Assembly (NCBI GenBank): GCA_942491115.1
Contig: CALNZV010000020.1
Coordinates: 896,524-960,523 of the forward strand
Source: an uncultured Desulfobacteraceae bacterium
GTDB lineage: Bacteria > Desulfobacterota > Desulfobacteria > Desulfobacterales > UBA5852
DNA: 64,000 bases
Direction: 5' to 3'
The notes below the pieces were generated by a model. The model was not told where the DNA came from and ran no database searches. It worked only from the letters and a program-made list of their open reading frames with translations. The stretch's first letter is position 1, and every line of letters starts with the position of its first letter. Positions 8,341-17,110 of this stretch are shown here, piece after piece. Made by a program: the position numbers and the translations under genes.

Positions 8341-9717
8341 TCAGCGGGTGACCTCGTGGCCTGCACTCATCCAGGCCTTCATGCCGCCAGCCAGGCTGTG
8401 GACGTGGGAGAAACCCATTCCTTCCAGGAAACTGGCGGCGATGTTGCCCCGGTAGCCGATACCGCACATAGCAATGATCTCCTCGTTCTTGGGAAAGTCC
8501 GGGGGATCTTTCAGAAGCGCTGTCAGCGGCACATGCATCGCCCCCTCGACGTGGCCCATCTGCCATTCGGCAGGCGTGCGGACATCGATGAGGAGCCGAT
8601 GGTTGCCGGCAAGTTTTTCTTTCAAGGTCTCCGCTGAGATCTGCCACAGATGCCGAATGGGGTAGCCGGCTTCCTGCCAGGCGGCGATACCCCCGTAAAG
8701 ATATCCGGAGATATTGTCGTATCCGATCCGGTGGAGGTGGGTGCACATGGCGTTGTAGGCCGTTTCATCGGAGACCACGAGAATCAGTTCGGCGGTCGGA
8801 TCGATCACCATGCCGATCCAGTTGGCGGTCTGCTTGGCCAGCCCGATGTTGATGCTGCCGGGGATGTGCACACCCCCGAAAGCAGCCGTGTCCCGGGCAT
8901 CCAGAACCGTAGCGCCAGCATCGATTCGCGCCTTCACCTGGTCCGGCGAGAGGTCTCGACTGACAGGGCAGCGCTCCAGCAGGGGTGCTCCTTGCTTGTT
9001 GGTCTCGATGATGTGGGTAAAGCTCTTTGGCCGTTCGGGGAAGCTGGCGGAAAAAACGCTCTTGAAAGCACTTTCCTCCATATCCAGAACAGGATTGTTG
9101 CGCTTCTCAAAGCCGATGGTTGAGCTGGACTTGGCACTCATCCCCTTGCCGCAGAGAGAGCCCTCGCCGTGGGCCGGGAAGACCTCGACGCTTTCCGGCA
9201 GCTGACCTAGCTTCCCGTAGAGGGACCGGTACAGGTTGTCCACCTGTTCGCCGATCAGCTCTTCTCCCGCCAAGTCCGGCCGGCCCACATCACCGACGAA
9301 CAGGCAGTCCCCGGTCAGCACCAGCCAGGGTTCCTCACCCCGGGATCGATCGGTGACCAGAATGGACATGGCATGGGGGGTGTGTCCCGGGGTGTTTAGG
9401 ATCTCGAGCTTGGCATTGCCGAACTCGAAGATGTCCCCCTCTCTCACGGCCACGTGGTCGAAGGTGACGGGAGACCCCTCGAAGAAGTGAATCTTGGCCC
9501 TTGTCCGGGACTTTAGCTCCATATTTCCGCTGACGTGGTCCGCATGGACATGGGTCTCAAACACATGGGTGATTGTCATGTCGTTTTTCCGGGCAAGCTC
9601 GATATAATCCTGAACATCCCTCTTGGGGTCCACCACACAGGCCACCTTTGCAACCGGGCAGCCGATCAGGTACGAGAGACACCCCATTCCCTCCACGGCG
9701 ATCTGTTTGAAATACAT
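8341..9717 (-). CDS. MBL-fold persulfide-dioxygenase-like domain fused to two rhodanese domains (CstB-like architecture)
   Basis: 458 aa. The metallo-beta-lactamase motif is THVHADHVSG. The C-terminal rhodanese repeats end in the active-site loop CGIGYRGN. Confidence 0.85.
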   Translation of the reverse strand: MYFKQIAVEGMGCLSYLIGCPVAKVACVVDPKRDVQDYIELARKNDMTITHVFETHVHADHVSGNMELKSRTRAKIHFFEGSPVTFDHVAVREGDIFEFGNAKLEILNTPGHTPHAMSILVTDRSRGEEPWLVLTGDCLFVGDVGRPDLAGEELIGEQVDNLYRSLYGKLGQLPESVEVFPAHGEGSLCGKGMSAKSSSTIGFEKRNNPVLDMEESAFKSVFSASFPERPKSFTHIIETNKQGAPLLERCPVSRDLSPDQVKARIDAGATVLDARDTAAFGGVHIPGSINIGLAKQTANWIGMVIDPTAELILVVSDETAYNAMCTHLHRIGYDNISGYLYGGIAAWQEAGYPIRHLWQISAETLKEKLAGNHRLLIDVRTPAEWQMGHVEGAMHVPLTALLKDPPDFPKNEEIIAMCGIGYRGNIAASFLEGMGFSHVHSLAGGMKAWMSAGHEVTR

Positions 9718-10169
9718 GTTTCTCCTCCTGGATTTGATATGGACCCAATGGGTCTAAGCGACAACCGGTAAGGTCATAAGGAGCCTCTGGGAAAGAGAGG
9801 GTTACAGCTCCGCAGACAGAAATCGGCAACCAATAATAAGCATATGCCTGAAATTAATCGTCAACCACTAGTCCGTCAAGGGCATCGACACCGGGCATTT
9901 CCCGGCAAGATGCCTTCATCTACTCGCCGGGCCAATGCATTCCCCTATTGGTCCCGGAGCCAACCCTATGGAGGATGCCGTCCCGATATTTTTCAAAGCC
10001 CTGGTCCCGATAGGCAGCGCCGGACCGTCGGCCGAATTCCCTGTCGATTCGAATGAGGCCCCCGATCCTGACATCCATCGAATCCTTTTCTGCCATTTGA
10101 GTTGGATTGCCACTGCCGACAGCATGTTGATCCAACGGGGATAGCCGATCCACAGGACATCGAGGCGCT

Positions 10170-11373
10170 ATGAAAATATTGATGATTTCAGATGTCTACT
10201 TCCCGAGGGTCAATGGGGTATCCACCTCCATAGGGACCTTCCGGAAAGATCTCTTCTCTCTGGGCCATGAAGTGCTTCTCGTGGTCCCCTCTTACGGGCC
10301 CAAGGATAGGGCCGAAGACCGTGTGCTACGGATACCGTCCCGGTACCTGCCGATAGCCCCTGAGGACCGGATCATGAAGAGCGGGAGGGGTGGCTTCTCT
10401 CACCGATCATTTTAGACGGCAGGCCTTCGATCTGATTCATATTCAAACACCGTTTATCGCCCATTACGCCGGCATCCGTCTGTCCAATCGTCTGGGAATC
10501 CCGAGGGTCGAGACCTATTACACCTACTTCGAAGAATACCTTGACCACTATCTGCCGTTGATACCCCCTGCCCTCATGCGAAGCATCGCCCGGTGGTTTT
10601 GCAACCACGTTGATGCCGTCATTGCTCCCTCCCGCGCCATGAAGGACGCGCTCAGGGGCTATGGCGTATACATCCCGATTCACATCATCCCGACGGGAAG
10701 CGAAGACATCTTCCTCAACCCGAGGGAACAATCCGGCTACAGACGCCGGAAAGGGATTCATCCGGATAGACCCGTCTTGTTGACCGTGGGCAGAGTGGCC
10801 TATGAAAAGAACATTGATTTTCTGCTGGACGTGCTGGCGGGGGTGCGCCGTTCGATTCCGGAGGTACTGTTCGTCATCGCCGGGGCAGGTCCGGCCCTGC
10901 CCGGCCTTAAAAACTGGGCCCGCCGGCTCGGAATCGACGACCATATCCCTTTTGTCGGGTATCTGGACCGAGAGACCTCTCTGCTGGACCTATATGGCGC
11001 CGGCGATCTTTTTGTCTTCGCCTCCCGAACCGAAACCCAAGGGTTGGTATTCCTGGAGGCGATGGCCATGGGAGTGCCGGTGGTCTCCACGGCGGTGATG
11101 GGTACAAAGGATATTCTTCGGCGTGCAATAGGAGCGATAGTGGCGGAAGAACATGCGGGGAAGTTCGCCTCGGAGGTGGTCAAGGTTCTTCAAGACCCGA
11201 AGATGCGGAACCGCTTAGGGGAAGAGGCGATAACATACGCCCGCTCAAGGTCGTCGGGGGAGATGGCAGCCAGAATGTCATCCTTGTACGAATCGGTTAT
11301 CGAAAAGGGTGACGGTCGTTTCCGAAAAGGATGGAAGTCCCCCGTGAGAAAGGGCCCAGGGGGCTGTTATTGA
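10170..11373 (+). pseudogene. GT4 (group 1) glycosyltransferase interrupted by a +1 frameshift near 10381-10392
   Basis: ORF 10170-10415 (MKILMISDVYFPRVNGVSTSI...PEDRIMKSGR) carries the GT4 N-terminus. ORF 10390-11373 in the next frame continues with ...FDLIHIQTPFIAHYAG... through the C-terminal Rossmann domain (ETQGLVFLEAMAMGVPVV). The junction lies at the G-run agcGGGAGGGGtgg. Confidence 0.75.
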
Positions 11374-11439
11374 CCCCCTCTTCAAAGAGAGCCGCACATG
11401 GCGGAATCGGAAATCAGTGTTGTCACCAGGGACGCCGGG

Positions 11440-11712
11440 TCAGGCGGCCTTGCAAAGGTGCTTTTTGGAGGAGACGCCGATAAATACCCGTCGAATGATC
11501 CCTTTGTGACGCTGTATATCGAAATAAATGCCGTTGTGGCTGACCACCGCCATGGAAAATTTCTGAATCATCCGAGAGGTCAGGTGATTTGCTGTGCACC
11601 ACTCCATGAACTGAGTGAAAAGCTCATTGACCGGTTCGACAGCACCCTCCACGACGCAGCACTTTTCCTGAAGAAAACGGCTCACCTGATCCTGGTATTC
11701 TTTGTCGTCCAT
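11440..11712 (-). CDS. Hypothetical protein resembling the C-terminal ~90 aa of P4-family phage/plasmid primases (orphan fragment)
   Basis: MDDKEYQDQVSRFLQEKCCVVEGAVEPVNELFTQFMEWCTANHLTSRMIQKFSMAV...RRVFIGV follows the pattern FL.E.C...v..LY..Y..WC...s...F...L....R...GI seen at primase C-termini. GC looks lower (roughly 50% by eye) than in the neighbouring genes. Confidence 0.45.
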   Translation of the reverse strand: MDDKEYQDQVSRFLQEKCCVVEGAVEPVNELFTQFMEWCTANHLTSRMIQKFSMAVVSHNGIYFDIQRHKGIIRRVFIGVSSKKHLCKAA

Positions 11713-11913
11713 TTTTACCAATCCATGCTTAGGAGCAAAAGAAGGCTGCAATGCAGGACGAAATCCGTTGCGTTGCGGACTGCGGTCGCAGATATCAATT
11801 GCCATTTCCCACATAAACAGGGGACGCCGGATCAATAGGGAGACCCCATTGTCCCGGCCTGCGATAGGGTACCGGATTTCCGGTTTCCGGTCTTATCATA
11901 TGGAACCATGGTA

Positions 11914-11946
11914 GGCATCCCCCGGACAAATGCAACGGGGGATGCC
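11914..11946. repeat. Perfect 11-bp inverted repeat / stem-loop
   Basis: GGCATCCCCCG-11 nt-CGGGGGATGCC in the gap between the rhodanese gene and the primase-fragment ORF. No flanking U/T tract. Confidence 0.5.
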
Positions 11947-12031
11947 CCCCAACGATCCATTGCCCCCGCCGCTAATACCGAGCCGGCGAGGGGGGACCCC
12001 TTGGTGGCCCCTCGGCTGGAATCGGCATTGG

Positions 12032-12460
12032 TTATTTTTCTTCCACCGGATATTTGGCTCTGAACCATTCCCGCCATCCTCCCTTCAGAGCAAAAACGTC
12101 CGTAAACCCATTGTCCATCAGCTTGCGTGCCAGACCGGCACTGGTTTTCTCGTCCGGTCAGGCGCAATAAAGGACAAGGGTTTGGTCTTTCGAATAGCTG
12201 TCTTTCCAATCGTCGACGGTTTTCGGATTTGCCTGCACGGCACCTTTGATCTTGAACTCGGAAGCCTTCCAGTCCTTTCCGATTCGGACATCGAGGATGG
12301 CCACATCGGGATTGCCGATGAGAGGCTTGAGTTCCTCTTTGGTCATCAGGGCGACGGTCGTATCCGCGACGGCCGTGGTCCATCCCAGTCCAAGAACGAC
12401 CACAGCGGCGGCCGCCGAAGCAATCCAGCATTTCCAGTTGAATGGAACAAGTAAGGTCAT
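12032..12460 (-). CDS. Rhodanese-domain sulfurtransferase, secreted or membrane-anchored; predicted selenoprotein (in-frame UGA at 12158-12160)
   Basis: The start ATG at 12460 has a strong RBS (GGGAGG). The ORF track stops at ...TLVLYCA-TGA. The same frame continues for 41 more codons, PDEKTSAGLARKLMDNGFTDVFALKGGWREWFRAKYPVEEK-TAA, which is the conserved C-terminal half of a rhodanese domain. The UGA lies two residues after the catalytic Cys, and a stem-loop follows it. Confidence 0.65.
12130..12160 (-). other. Candidate bacterial SECIS element
   Basis: The mRNA reads UGACCGGACGAGAAAACCAGUGCCGGUCUGG. A GACCGG/CCGGUC 6-bp stem includes part of the UGA. Alternatively, a CCAG/CUGG stem with loop UGCCGGU lies ~17 nt after the UGA. 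Confidence 0.45.
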
Positions 12461-12485
12461 TGGTTCCTCCCTTGGTTGTTTGCGG

Positions 12486-13802
12486 TTAAGACCCCCGGCG
12501 AAGGCGTCCTCCACTCGCCCAGAATCCACAGAAAACGAGAATAAAAACGGCAACCACCGCCGATGTCATTAATTCGATTATTGCCACTTTGTCCGGATCC
12601 CCGGCGACGAGCAGCACCGCGCCGATCGCAAACGCTATGGCAGCCCCGGCCCTGGACCACGGACTGGATAGAAGGAAGAGCACCGACGGCCTCCCGGCGA
12701 TTCGCCGCCGCCCACCTCGAAGGGCGGCCAGGTTGACCGCTCCGTAATGGATCAGAACCAGTGTCAGGCCGGCCCTCAGGGCCGTATCGACCGCTTCGGT
12801 GCCCGCTGCACCGACGGCCATCATGATCCCGATGGCAACCGCCAAAGCCAGGGGGGGCATAGCCCGCCAGAGGGCATCCGCACCCGGCGCTGCGGTCGGA
12901 CGCTCCCTGGCGATCAGATAGCGACAGATCTCGGACAGGGACATAAACAGACCGTTGACCGCGGCGCAAACTCCGGTGATGGCAACGACACCAATCGTCA
13001 CTCTGCCGGATTGACCCCAGATGGACTTCGCTACAAGGATGTGCCCAATGGTCGATCCGACCAACCGATCGGCCGCCACCGCCCCCACGGTGACCCAGGT
13101 CCAGACGCCGATCAGGACGCCGGAACCGATAAGGCCTGTCATCAGATATCGAAAATACAGCCCGGAGGCTTCAGGTCCTCGGCCGGCGTTCAGGAATAGC
13201 CACTCGACCCCGACGAACACCCAGAGCAGTGCCAGGGGAACCCCCTCGTCAGGCTTCGGCAATGGGATGGTTGTGGGGCCGCCGGATTCCCATCCCCACA
13301 GACCGACGACCACCAGCAACCCCAGGCCAAGTGCCGCCGTCCCCGAAAAAACCACCTGAAATCCTTCGACCCAAGGTTTTCCGGCCAGGTGAATGGCCAA
13401 GATGACCCCCAGCAGAAGATAGGCAAATCCAAAATTGGGAAACCAGTAAACGAACACCTCGTTAAAGACGAAGCCGGCCGTTACCAAGAGCCCCGTGGCT
13501 CCTGCTAGGGCAACGACGATTCTGCCGCACAGGGGCATGGCCGCTCCCGCCAGGTTCCCGAAGACCATGCCTAACCGGTCGACCTCCATGGCCGGACCGG
13601 TGGCGGACTGGGCTGCCAGATCCCGGTAGGAAGACCCCGTGATGCCGTAAATCCAGAGGACGACCCCCAACCACGGAACCAGTCCCATGCCCCTGCTGCC
13701 GGCCTCGTCGGCCAGGAGGGCCAAACTGAATGGGGAGATGACGAATCCTGCCAGCCAGGCAATGGCGATCCATCTTTCTGCATGGGCCGATCGGTTCGTC
13801 AT
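12486..13802 (-). CDS. Polytopic membrane transporter (APC-superfamily-like permease)
   Basis: ~438 aa from ATG at 13802 (RBS GGAAGGA) with ~12 hydrophobic segments. It lies immediately upstream of, and in the same orientation as, the rhodanese gene. The family assignment is tentative. Confidence 0.65.
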   Translation of the reverse strand: MTNRSAHAERWIAIAWLAGFVISPFSLALLADEAGSRGMGLVPWLGVVLWIYGITGSSYRDLAAQSATGPAMEVDRLGMVFGNLAGAAMPLCGRIVVALAGATGLLVTAGFVFNEVFVYWFPNFGFAYLLLGVILAIHLAGKPWVEGFQVVFSGTAALGLGLLVVVGLWGWESGGPTTIPLPKPDEGVPLALLWVFVGVEWLFLNAGRGPEASGLYFRYLMTGLIGSGVLIGVWTWVTVGAVAADRLVGSTIGHILVAKSIWGQSGRVTIGVVAITGVCAAVNGLFMSLSEICRYLIARERPTAAPGADALWRAMPPLALAVAIGIMMAVGAAGTEAVDTALRAGLTLVLIHYGAVNLAALRGGRRRIAGRPSVLFLLSSPWSRAGAAIAFAIGAVLLVAGDPDKVAIIELMTSAVVAVFILVFCGFWASGGRLRRGS

Positions 13803-14138
13803 TGATTTTCCTTCCGGTTCCTGGTTCCTCCCGTAACCCTGTCTGCGCGGGTGTACCGCGTGACGGGTCGGCTGATCCGTCGGCTGCGGTGTCGCACAAA
13901 CCACCGGCTTAAATCAGGAGCGTTCCACTCCTTAAGGGGCTGCGGGGGTTCTGTTTATTCCGACTTTTTTGACACTGAGGCCGTCAGCACCCAAAAGACG
14001 AAGGGGATCGTCTTGTATTTGTGGACCGTTTTCGTTAGGAACGGGGCATTGTCCGCGTCCGCACCGGATAGGGATTGATCCCCTGCCGGACGCCGCCGGT
14101 CGTCATCTGCCCAATCCTTGGAAGCTAGGGAGGTCCCT

Positions 14139-15092
14139 GTGGCTGCCGCCGCCCCCAAGAAAGTCATCATCGCCGCCCTCATCGGCAACCTTTTGATTGC
14201 CATCACCAAATTTATCGCCGCAATCATTACCGGAAGCTCTGCCATGTTTTCCGAAGGAATCCACTCCGTCGTGGATACCGGGAATCAGGTCCTTCTTCTC
14301 TATGGACTTCACCGGGCAAAAAAGCCCCCTGATGACCAATTCCCCTTCGGTCACGGCAAGGAAGTCTATTTTTGGAGTTTTGTTGTGGCCATCCTTATTT
14401 TTGCCGTCGGGTCCGGGTTTTCCATTTACGAGGGCATCCATCGAGTGCTCGACCCCCATCCCATCGAGCGTCCGCTGATCAGCTACGCCGTGCTCGTTCT
14501 CGCAATGATTTTCGAAGGGGCCGCCTGGTATTTCGCCTGGACGGAATTTACGAAAACCAAGGGGAAATGGGGCTATATTGAGGCGGTTCAACGGGGGAAA
14601 GATCCCAGCATGTTCGTGGTCTTGTTTGAAGATTCCGCCGCCATGATCGGCCTTGGAGTCGCTTTCTCCGGAATCGCCCTCAGCCAGGCGACGGGCATCC
14701 TATGGTTCGACGGTGCGGCCTCCATCGTCATCGGCCTCATCCTGGCCGGCACCGCCGTTTGGCTGGCTTACGAAACCAAGGGTCTCCTGATCGGTGAAAG
14801 CGCCAACATGGCCGTGGTGGAGGATATCCGTCGGATTGCGAACTCCTACGAGGAAATCCGTCGGGTCCATGAGGTGCTGACCATGCATATGGGGCCGGAT
14901 TTCATCCTGGTAAACATCTCTGTCAAGTTCAGGGGTGAAGTAAGAGCTTCCGCCATTGAAGCCGCCATCACCAGGCTTGATGGGGATCTAAAAAAAGGCT
15001 TCCCGGCGATCAAGCGGGTATTCGTTGAGGCTGAAGGGCTGAAGCAGGACCCTGTGGACACCCCGCCGGCCGATGACAGCCTCCAACGCTAG
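14139..15092 (+). CDS. Cation diffusion facilitator (CDF) family metal efflux transporter
   Basis: CDF motifs are ALIGNLLIAITKFIAAIITGSSAMFSEGIHSVVD and a C-terminal cytoplasmic domain. GTG at 14139 has GGGAGG 6 nt upstream. The ORF track opens at TTG 14118. Confidence 0.85.
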   Translation: MAAAAPKKVIIAALIGNLLIAITKFIAAIITGSSAMFSEGIHSVVDTGNQVLLLYGLHRAKKPPDDQFPFGHGKEVYFWSFVVAILIFAVGSGFSIYEGIHRVLDPHPIERPLISYAVLVLAMIFEGAAWYFAWTEFTKTKGKWGYIEAVQRGKDPSMFVVLFEDSAAMIGLGVAFSGIALSQATGILWFDGAASIVIGLILAGTAVWLAYETKGLLIGESANMAVVEDIRRIANSYEEIRRVHEVLTMHMGPDFILVNISVKFRGEVRASAIEAAITRLDGDLKKGFPAIKRVFVEAEGLKQDPVDTPPADDSLQR

Positions 15093-15543
15093 TGTAAATC
15101 CCCCTCTCCATTGCCGGGGTCCAGGGGACATGGCCGACTGACGAAGGGATGGCGAAAGGGGCTGCATCCGCCCGTTAGTGCGGTAGCCGAAACGATCTGG
15201 TGTCACCGGGGAAAAGGCCCGCCCACACCCGTCAACACCCCCGAGTTCTGGACGATATTCATTTTCTCGGTTATCCAAAAAGCTCCAGACGGTCCACATC
15301 GGCGGTCAGTGGGTGTCGGATCGGATGCTGGGCAACTGTCTGAGCCACACAGGCCGCGTTCAGACGGTGGCAAGCCGAGGGTCTCAGATGGCTGGGGCTT
15401 GGCGGTTAGCCGAGATTTTATTCAAGAAAGTCCCTCATCGACCGTCTTTACGCGGCCTTGGTGGCGAGTTTTGGCCAGTAGGAGAGCCGATGCCCAAGGG
15501 CCGCCAGGACCCATACTGGAGAATTCCCCATAACCGCATTCAT

Positions 15544-16959
15544 TTAGATGTCGAAGAGTCTCATTATCGACTCATGGTCGACCTTCCCGGCCCGGGACCG
15601 AGGAATCTCTGCCACCACCTTGATTTGGCGCGGCCGCTCGTGAGGCTCCAGGGAGTGGGTTGCCCATGCCTGAACCGATTCGATGCTGACGCTGCCCGCC
15701 ACGATGGCAAATAGGATGTTGTCCCGCCCGCTGTCGGCTGGCGCCGAAACGACCTGAACATCTCGGACACCCTCACACCCTCCCAACACTTCCGTGACCC
15801 TTCCCAAATCGACCCGTTTGCCCCCCACCTTGACAATGCCGTCATTGCGACCCGCCACCTCGAACCCATGGTCGCCCATGGCTTTAACCCGGTCGGGCAC
15901 CGAATAGAATCCATCGGCATCCCTTCCCAGTTCAGGGGATAGAAAGGCAGAACGGATGTCGAGCCGATCGGCGTCGATCCGCCAATCGACAACGCTGTAT
16001 GGCACCAGATAGGGCCGGCCCAGCCCCCGGCAGCGGGTGGCGATGCCCCCGGTTTCGGTTGAGCCGTAGATTTCGGTGACGGCGCACTGGCTTTTGGAGG
16101 TGAAGGCCTGGTCATCTTGAGGCCTGAGGGGGCCTGCCGAGGACAGGGCAAGCCGCAGACCAAGAGCGCCGAACCGCTGTCCTGCCAATACTCGGTAATG
16201 GGCGGGGATGCTGACAAGGACCGTGGACTGCTCCCCTTCCAGGGTGGATAGGATTTCCGCTGGATAGGCCGGTGTTCTCAAGGATACCGATGCGCCGGAA
16301 ACCAGGGGCAGAAGGATGGAATAAAGCAAGCCGTAAATATGATTGACCGGCACGGTGGCCAGGAATCGATCGTCGGCAGTCACATGGAACCGGTCAATAA
16401 GATGGCGGGTTTCACCGAGAAGGTTTCGTGGGGTTTTGGACCAGAGGCAGGGTTTCCCAGTGGACCCGCCGGTAAACAGATACACCCATGGGTGGTCTGG
16501 CTCCAGGGGGGACATCCGTGGCAGTGCCCGCTCCGGTAATGCCGACGGGCCCGCGGTAACGGCCTTTACGCCATGGGGAAGGGATCGGGGGCGGTCAACC
16601 ACGGCAAGCCTAAAATCCATGGCTTTTCGTGCGGCCTCCAGAGCCGACACGGTGTAAGCATGGGGCACCACGATGGGTATTTTTGACGACAGGGCCGCCA
16701 GAAGCGCCGCTGAAACCACTGCCCGGTTCTCGGCACACAGGCAGACAGGCCTTTGGGGGTCGCCCCCAGAGGCAACGGCGTCCCGGAGGGCCACGGCCAT
16801 GCGGTATACCTCTTCCCGGCGGGTGCCGTGGGGGGCGAAGGACGCGCTGCGGCTGGAACCGTCCAACAGCGAGGTCACCAGGGACCGGATAGCGCCCTCC
16901 CCGGTCCGGTTGCCCCGGACGGCCACATGAATAGGGTCGGATGACGGTATTTTTCTCAT
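15544..16959 (-). CDS. AMP-dependent synthetase/ligase (adenylate-forming; cluster loading enzyme candidate)
   Basis: Adenylation motifs FTGGSTGKPC (A3), EIYGSTETGG (A5) and VGGKRV (A8-A10 region). ATG at 16959 (MRKIPSS...). Confidence 0.85.
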   Translation of the reverse strand: MRKIPSSDPIHVAVRGNRTGEGAIRSLVTSLLDGSSRSASFAPHGTRREEVYRMAVALRDAVASGGDPQRPVCLCAENRAVVSAALLAALSSKIPIVVPHAYTVSALEAARKAMDFRLAVVDRPRSLPHGVKAVTAGPSALPERALPRMSPLEPDHPWVYLFTGGSTGKPCLWSKTPRNLLGETRHLIDRFHVTADDRFLATVPVNHIYGLLYSILLPLVSGASVSLRTPAYPAEILSTLEGEQSTVLVSIPAHYRVLAGQRFGALGLRLALSSAGPLRPQDDQAFTSKSQCAVTEIYGSTETGGIATRCRGLGRPYLVPYSVVDWRIDADRLDIRSAFLSPELGRDADGFYSVPDRVKAMGDHGFEVAGRNDGIVKVGGKRVDLGRVTEVLGGCEGVRDVQVVSAPADSGRDNILFAIVAGSVSIESVQAWATHSLEPHERPRQIKVVAEIPRSRAGKVDHESIMRLFDI

Positions 16960-17110
16960 GATACCCTTAAGGGACGCCGCTGCCGAGTGATGTTCCGCGG
17001 CCACCCCCTGTTGATGGAAACCTCCTTGACCATAACTGAATGAACACATAATATTTGGGTTGATGTTTTCCGCGCAATCCCGCGGTTAACGGATGGGGAG
17101 GAAACCCGAC

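Noticed and set aside
9920-10153. 77-codon minus-strand ORF (GTG start; ...MAEKDSMDVRIGGLIRIDREFGRRSGAAYRDQGFEKYRDGILHRVG...) in the 450-bp divergent gap between the MBL-rhodanese and glycosyltransferase genes.
   Set aside because: It has no RBS and no recognisable family. It overlaps equally long ORFs in other frames and on the other strand. It may be a gene remnant, but the sequence alone does not support it.
13905-14138. Metal-sensing (czcD/NiCo-type) riboswitch upstream of the CDF transporter.
   Set aside because: There are only short 5-bp hairpins (CCGTT...AACGG, GGGAT-TG-ATCCC) and no four-way-junction-like conserved core that I can recognise.
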